DNA of 63,210 nucleotides, the filler included, from Rhabdomonas costata (taxonomy: Eukaryota): assembly GCA_019059605.1 (NCBI GenBank). It is 45 parts of 45 records of this genome, joined end to end, with 100 filler letters (N's around TTAATTAATTAA, not from the genome) between each part and the next. Parts side by side here need not be neighbours in the genome. Positions count along the whole stretch, not along the records: positions 57,686 to 58,991 come from JAHMHO010019909.1; positions 59,092 to 60,398 come from JAHMHO010019910.1; positions 60,499 to 61,804 come from JAHMHO010019911.1; positions 61,905 to 63,210 come from JAHMHO010019912.1; 41 more parts are not named here. One strand, written 5' to 3'. A model generated the notes under the pieces. It saw only the letters and a list, made by a program, of their open reading frames with translations. It ran no database searches and was not told the origin of the DNA. The translations under genes and the position numbers were made by a program. Below are positions 57,586 to 63,210 of the stretch, piece by piece. Positions within the stretch are counted from its first letter, which is position 1. Each line of letters starts with the position of its first letter.

Positions 57586-58505
57586 NNNNNNNNNNNNNNN
57601 NNNNNNNNNNNNNNNNNNNNNNNNNNNNNTTAATTAATTAANNNNNNNNNNNNNNNNNNNNNNNNNNNNNNNNNNNNNNNNNNNNTGTTGTGTGTCTTGC
57701 GAAGGTATGCGTAGGTCTGCTTTTCCCCCCATCTCCTTTTCCCCTTTTTTCTGGCAGCGGAGTCAGTCTTCGTCTGTCGGCGCCTTCAGTAACCGCACAA
57801 TTTTTTTCCTTTCATTTTTTCTTTTTGGGATTTTCCTATACCGGCGAAATCCGCAAGGCACTTGCACTAACTGCGACAGGCAGCAAAACGCTTTGGGCAC
57901 CTCTCTGCGCGACAATTTGTGCTTTCCGTCCTTTTTCAATTCTGCATCTCTGCACATTGGGATGTGGAAAAGGGAGGATGGACCGAAGGAAGGAGCCCGT
58001 CTTGCATTTTCTCTGGCTTCACAGCGCGTGCCTGCTTGCCTGCGTTCCGCCCCCCCCCCCCAACTCTGCAATCTCTCTCCGCCTTCTCCATCACTCTTTC
58101 AGTTTCGTTTGTGGAACGGATGTCAACCCCCGCACTCTCTCTGTTCTTGCATCTTCAGCTCTATTGTGGAGCGTGCAATGAGGAAAAGGAGCACTTCCCC
58201 GCATCCGAAATATATTGGTATATCGGTTACTTTCGGGCAAGTGTCGAGGGGAAAACGGGTCAGGCAACGATAAGTTTTTGACACCCCGTAGAAATGGTCA
58301 GATTTTGCTGGCTGCACATGGGTTGGCTGCACACTCCAGGAACCACTTGAGGAAGTTGGTTCCTTGAATGGAGACGTTGCCCACCCACCCTTGGGTGGAG
58401 GCATTTCAAGGGACTTTTGGACATATTGGAAACAAACTTCGTCTTCGTTCTCTGTACAGCCTTTTCTTTTGCCGCCCGGCTTCTTTCTCCCTTCCCTCAC
58501 TTCCA

Positions 58506-58777
58506 ATGGCTTCACGCCGACGCAAGGAAAAGCCGGCGCTCCCTGTTCCTGTGGTACCCTCGGCGTCGGCGTCCTCCCCCGGGAATACCACGTCGACCCC
58601 ACTGGGTGCCTCTCCCTCGACCTCTTCGCCGCACTCTCCCAAGCGCAGCCGAGCACCCAAGCGCAATGTCGGGAGGAAGCGGATCTTCCTGGTTGGGCTG
58701 ACGTTTGGGCTGGCCATGGGAATATCCCTGGTGCTCTGGAACAAGCCGGGCCCTCCCGATCCGGACTTCTTGCTCCG
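58506..58777 (+). CDS. First exon of a type II membrane protein (N-terminus reminiscent of PDAT/Lro1 acyltransferases)
   Basis: MASRRRKEK, then a Ser/Pro-rich region, then RKRIFLVGLTFGLAMGISLVLW (basic flank plus TM helix). Donor GTACGT at 58778. The family suggestion is weak. Confidence 0.55.
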
Positions 58778-59303
58778 GTACGTCTGACCTTTGCCGGCTT
58801 CCTTTTTCACGGCTCATCACAACAAATGTTCGTGCGCTACAACCGCCACCTCCGCAAGAGAACTTCCTGCCCTAAAGTAAACCTTCGGGAAATGCTTCCG
58901 AAAGAAACGTGTAAAACTTATTGCATAATCTGGTCTCTGCAGTCCCATGACTTCCTGCCTCCCGCGACAAACATCATACCTTTTTTGATCANNNNNNNNN
59001 NNNNNNNNNNNNNNNNNNNNNNNNNNNNNNNNNNNTTAATTAATTAANNNNNNNNNNNNNNNNNNNNNNNNNNNNNNNNNNNNNNNNNNNNGTGACCGAC
59101 AGAAAACAAAAAGGAGGGTTCAATTGCTTCAAAGAAAAGGAAAAGAAAAATCTCTCCATTTCCGTTTTGCTGAGGAGGCCCTTGCCTTAATCACAACTCC
59201 CACATTCTGTTGAAAAAGAGCTTACGACCGCTGCTTGGTAAAGGCCCGGCACTGTTGTATATTGAAGACCCCCCCCCGCTTTTCCCTGAACACAAATGCA
59301 CAC

Positions 59304-59391
59304 CGTCTGCCCAAAGTAGTCTGCCTTCAGCGTCTCCGCGCAAAACTCCACGTCGGCCTCCCCCGTGTTCATTCCCATACGAACCCGCAGC
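59304..59391 (-). CDS. Class III adenylate cyclase catalytic-domain exon
   Basis: LRVRMGMNTGEADVEFCAETLKADYFGQT(V) matches the 'LRVR.G+.TG......DY+G.TVN' motif. Bounded by CAG and GTGTGC. Confidence 0.85.
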
Positions 59392-60899
59392 CTGCCAGCA
59401 CATTGCAAAAACAATCACACACACACACACACTACGGGCACACCGCATTGCATTGGTGGAAGTCTTTTCTGCCTCGGGCTGGCCGCTACTCGAAGGTGAC
59501 GATCACCCCTCTGGAAGAGGTTGCTGGGAACGGTGCATTACACCGCGGTTCTGGGTAGCTCCAACCCACTGCCCTCTCCCAGTCTGTCACTGCGACTCGG
59601 TCGGCCCTCTTCGCCATGAGATCCCCAAGTCACTCAAAAGCAAAGTCTATGTGCTGTCCTGAGCCTGTAAACATAGTGCAGTGATGGAGCATTGCATCAT
59701 CAGATATACAATCGATCACCCGGGCCGCTTCTCCGCTCTGATGAGTTTTTAAATGATCAATTGCGGGGTCCCTTTCCCCACAGTATGAATCTGGACTGAT
59801 CAGTTCCACACTGTTCAGTCAGCTATGCGATGCATCGATTAAAAATGGCCGGCGGCATCTGAACAGTAAGAGATAGGACAAATAAAAAATGCAAATGTAA
59901 AATAAAACTAGGAGCAAAAACACCTCCAAAAGATCAATTTTCACCACCACTTCTATCGTCGACGTCCGAAAATGCCCCAGCGCACTTTTTTGGCTCTACT
60001 CGTTGATATAGTGTGGGCAGACATTTGCAGCACCATACGGTACACCACACAAAACTCACCGGTACCACACCCTGGCACAAGGTTTGCCCTTCAGCCTGCC
60101 GCATTTTTGTCCAAAACTGTCTGATTTCTGAGCAATCTGAAAGCTAGAGTTCCCTCGGTGAGCGTCCTATCAAAAGTGAGAGAAAGGTACATAAAGACAG
60201 CCCGAAAACAAAAACGCTTCCAGGATAAGATAGCCTGTTTTGCCAAACCCATTTTCGGCGTAAAAGCCCGAAATGCCAATTTCGAGTGAGTTATTTCGGT
60301 TCCGATTCCTTGAGTCGAAGAGGTCAATTTCACTTGTGACCAACCATTGATCTTTGTACGAGCGGCGGTAAAGCATGTAAAACACCAACCAGAAAAACNN
60401 NNNNNNNNNNNNNNNNNNNNNNNNNNNNNNNNNNNNNNNNNNTTAATTAATTAANNNNNNNNNNNNNNNNNNNNNNNNNNNNNNNNNNNNNNNNNNNNTG
60501 TTGTGTTGGTAGCGCCATATCAGCAGGAAAACCTTGAGCCAATGAGCGTTCAAGACATGCAAGCACGCATACGAGCTGCAGTGAACCAGGCGTCGAACAG
60601 CAAGGCCTTTGCTTGGCCACCCGGAGAACCCGAGGGGCTGAAGGGAGAATGGTGACCAGTGCCGGATACCTACTTGGACCTGGACAGCTGGGGCTCAGAC
60701 AATGCATGGTGATGCAGAGTTGAGTTCAAGGTGAGGGCAGGTGAGGCCGCTTTACGGGTGTGCCTACGGAGCCAAAGCAGAGCCTAAAATACCCAAGGGA
60801 GGGCAAGGAAGCCCAGGCGAATTGACGATGCAGCTTTTGAAATCCTGCCGAGGCGATGTTTTTCGCTTCATAAGTTACTACCGTCTTTAAAGAGAAAAA

Positions 60900-61804
60900 G
60901 TGTGTGTCAGTTCAGTGGCCCGAGCTGGCACCTACCTGTGCAGTCAATTGGAAACCAACTGTTCACCAATGATTTCGGACCTTATTCCATTGCAACCGGG
61001 AAGGGAGGGAAATGTCACACACGCTGGGATGCGCTCGCAGATCGCGTCCAGGACTGCAGAAATGCCCTCCATCTTCTTCGCCGAGGTCTGTAACGGAGTG
61101 AGGGCAAGACAACGAAAGAAGGGTATCGCTTGGGGGAAACTAGTGTCCAATCTACCATCATGCAAAAACAAAAAGGACATCCACATCAACATATAAACCA
61201 CCGACATCCGCACATGTAAAGTCAAGGGCGGACCAACGGTGCCCGGCGAGTTGCTTCCAAGCGGAACATCGTCCAGAGCGAAATCACACAGAGAAATCAT
61301 TCCAAGAGTATGTCGTTGCGGCGAACGTTCATCAGGTCGTGCAGCTCCACCTGGTCCATCACCCCCTCTACTTCAGCGTGGGGTGCGTCAATCTGGAAAA
61401 CAGTGAAAAACGGGAGGGACCCTTAGCACGGAGGAGGCCAAAGCTTCCAGGACGCATACATCCAAGCATGCATCTCCGTGCTGTTCCCCACGCCCCGAGA
61501 CCCCCCACACCTCCGCAGGACTCCCACTCCAGCCGCACGTCCATACGCTGCACGGCACCACCTACTACCGATCGCGCCTCACAGTTCTCCCACCTCCCTT
61601 ATTACCCGTCCTCCTCTACCTTCACCGATCTCCTCGCCAGCGTCGCACCCTCTTCCTTCTCACAATATCAACGCTCCTTGGGACAGTTTTGCCAATGGGT
61701 CCGTTCGCATCTCGTGCATCTCGTGGGACACCCACTTTCCCCGATCTGTTCAGCTACTTCTGCCTCTTGGACACTTACCTCGTCCAATTTGACGACCCAC
61801 AACC
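60900..61804 (+). mobile_element. Possible decayed DIRS/Ngaro-like tyrosine-recombinase retrotransposon
   Basis: Broken frames include 'PHQHIN' (RNase H 'HIN.LE'-like) and later DLLASVAPSSFSQYQRSLGQFCQWV (~61627-61702), the typical 'S.APST..QY.....F..W' start of DIRS tyrosine recombinases. Confidence 0.45.
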
Positions 61805-62015
61805 NNNNNNNNNNNNNNNNNNNNNNNNNNNNNNNNNNNNNNNNNNNNTTAATTAATTAANNNNNNNNNNNNNNNNNNNNNNNNNNNNNNNNNNNNNNNN
61901 NNNNGGGGTTGTTGCGGTGCAGTATGTTGCATATCAATTATAGACGTTTTGGTGGGGGACTGGTTGGAACTGGGGACTGCTGGAACGGGGCTTCTCCACA
62001 TAACGGCTCTCCCTG

Positions 62016-62150
62016 TGGATTGGATTGGCTGTTCTGGATAATATTGTATTGAATCGGGTGGTTTGGGGTGAAGCTGGGTTCCAATGCATTGGGTTGTTTT
62101 GGTTCGAATTGGGGTGCACTGTGTTGAGTTGGTTTGGGTTGGCTTTGAAT
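62016..62150 (+). repeat. Degenerate 5-bp-period satellite (TGGNT-like)
   Basis: tggat tggat tggct ... tgggt tgttt tggtt cgaat tgggg tgcac tgtgt tgagt tggtt tgggt tggct. Confidence 0.75.
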
Positions 62151-62233
62151 CTTTCATTTATGGATGAGGTTGAAAATTTGGTTTGGTGGTGATCCCGATC
62201 CCGGGGTTGTGGGTTTTTCTGGAATGTCCCCAG

Positions 62234-62550
62234 GTGGTCCTGCAGTGATGACATTTCAGCCTTACCTGCGCACTGCCGAGATCGGGGCTTCGCCAACCTC
62301 TCCCTTGACTTTTGTCCCAAGCGGAGGCGTGGTCGTGCTGCAGCCCCGCAGCCTTCTGGTTTTTGCCGAACAGGCCTACACTGAGTGGCTGCACGGCATC
62401 GCGGACCGGGAGGAGGACCTTTTGCCGCTCTCCGTCACCGAGCTGTGGAATGCTGGGGAGGCAGGCGTCAGCCCTGGGCAAACTTTATCTCGGCAGAAGA
62501 GGATCTCCTTGACCGTGCGGCAGGTGCTGGATGTTCGCTCGGTGGATTGA
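62234..62550 (+). CDS. ALKBH6: AlkB-family 2OG-Fe(II) dioxygenase, ALKBH6-like, terminal exon
   Basis: GGPAVMTFQP...VVLQPRSLLVFAEQAYTEWLHGI...LSRQKRISLTVRQV* has the distal Fe-binding His (LHGI) and the RxSLTxR 2OG-binding motif in the ALKBH6 context. Confidence 0.85.
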
Positions 62551-63210
62551 CCAGTGAGTGGTGGACTTCCCATCAATCCCCGTTGGCACTGAAGGAACCA
62601 GCACCCTGCCCGCCATTTGGCTGCTTGGCTCCTTCTTTGTGCCTCCTTCTGACTCCTTCTGACCACGCGGGTCGCGTTGCGAGCTCACTTGTTGCCGAGT
62701 TGGGAGCTTCGGGCAGGCATTACCTTAAATCACAATGAGGTCTCGATGCGGAAGCTGCGGAGGAATTCCCCAAAGAGAGCATGACCTGTCCTCTGCCTTA
62801 TTCTTTCAATATGTCACAGTTTTTTTTTTCACACGCGCTAACCGACTGGTCAGTCCCCACTGGAACACCTCACTCGAATGATCCGTAGTTCCCGTGGTGT
62901 GAGCAGTCAGACCCGGACGCGTGTGTGTATGCATGCGTGCATGCGTGCGTTCCTGCCTCGGTCCCTGTGCTCCCGTGCCGTTACGTTTCTCACGAACTTC
63001 TGCTCCTTTCCCTCCCATCGCAGCGTTCCTTCTTCCTCTTTTCCTGTTCTCCACGGCTTTGTGGTCGTTAGCGTATTTCAACTTCCCACTCTTCCCCCGC
63101 GGTGGGCACTCGTATTTTTGTTGCACTCTTCCCCCCGCGCACACGGGCGGACAGGTTTGTTCTCCCCTGCACAATGGGTTTCCCCACAACCCCTAAACAC
63201 TCCCAACACA

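Noticed and set aside
1309-61904. Regularly spaced TTAATTAATTAA 'repeats' with unique ~1.3-kb intervals, superficially array- or CRISPR-like
   Set aside because: Each is embedded in exactly 44+44 Ns. It is an artificial six-frame-stop linker joining contigs of similar size. ORF-track entries ending in X...LIN are artefacts of it.
62016-62150. G/T-rich repeats as a possible telomere
   Set aside because: The period is 5 bp and highly degenerate, there is no TTAGGG array, and the tract lies in the intron upstream of the ALKBH6 exon.
1-63210. Treating neighbouring genes (e.g. ZIP, beta-roll, BEACH, kinase-like) as a cluster or system
   Set aside because: Each lies on a separate contig, so adjacency across spacers has no biological meaning.

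Overview
This window is not one locus. It is 45 unrelated contigs of about 1.3 kb, joined by 44 artificial 100-bp spacers (N44-TTAATTAATTAA-N44). Many contig ends carry G/T-only (5') or C/A-only (3') primer-like remnants, and several carry fold-back duplications, which points to a whole-genome-amplified, probably single-cell, assembly. Most contigs come from an intron-rich eukaryote with GT-AG introns and a GTRYG-biased donor. That donor pattern and the several receptor-type adenylate/guanylate cyclase fragments suggest a euglenozoan-like protist (inference). Recognisable spliced gene fragments are CCT1/TCP1, an LRMDA-like LRR protein, an AVP2-like H+-pyrophosphatase, an IQCH-like protein, PGM2, a ZIP metal transporter, a neurobeachin-like BEACH protein, an ABCB-type NBD with degenerate motifs, a Kelch-type repeat, ALKBH6 and class III cyclases. 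Decayed retroelements include a Ty3/Gypsy gag and probable DIRS-like and LINE-like relics. The most interesting items are: (1) an intronless protein made of tandem 39-aa helical repeats related to, but longer than, HPR (37 aa) and OPR (38 aa) RNA-binding repeats; (2) a protein with (G-x-x-N-x-V-x)n repeats resembling the grass ice-binding beta-roll; (3) a very AT-rich contig with a Mimiviridae-type AAAATTGA early promoter ahead of an ankyrin-like ORF, probably from a giant virus. Because the contigs are short and unordered, no multi-gene system can be inferred from adjacency.
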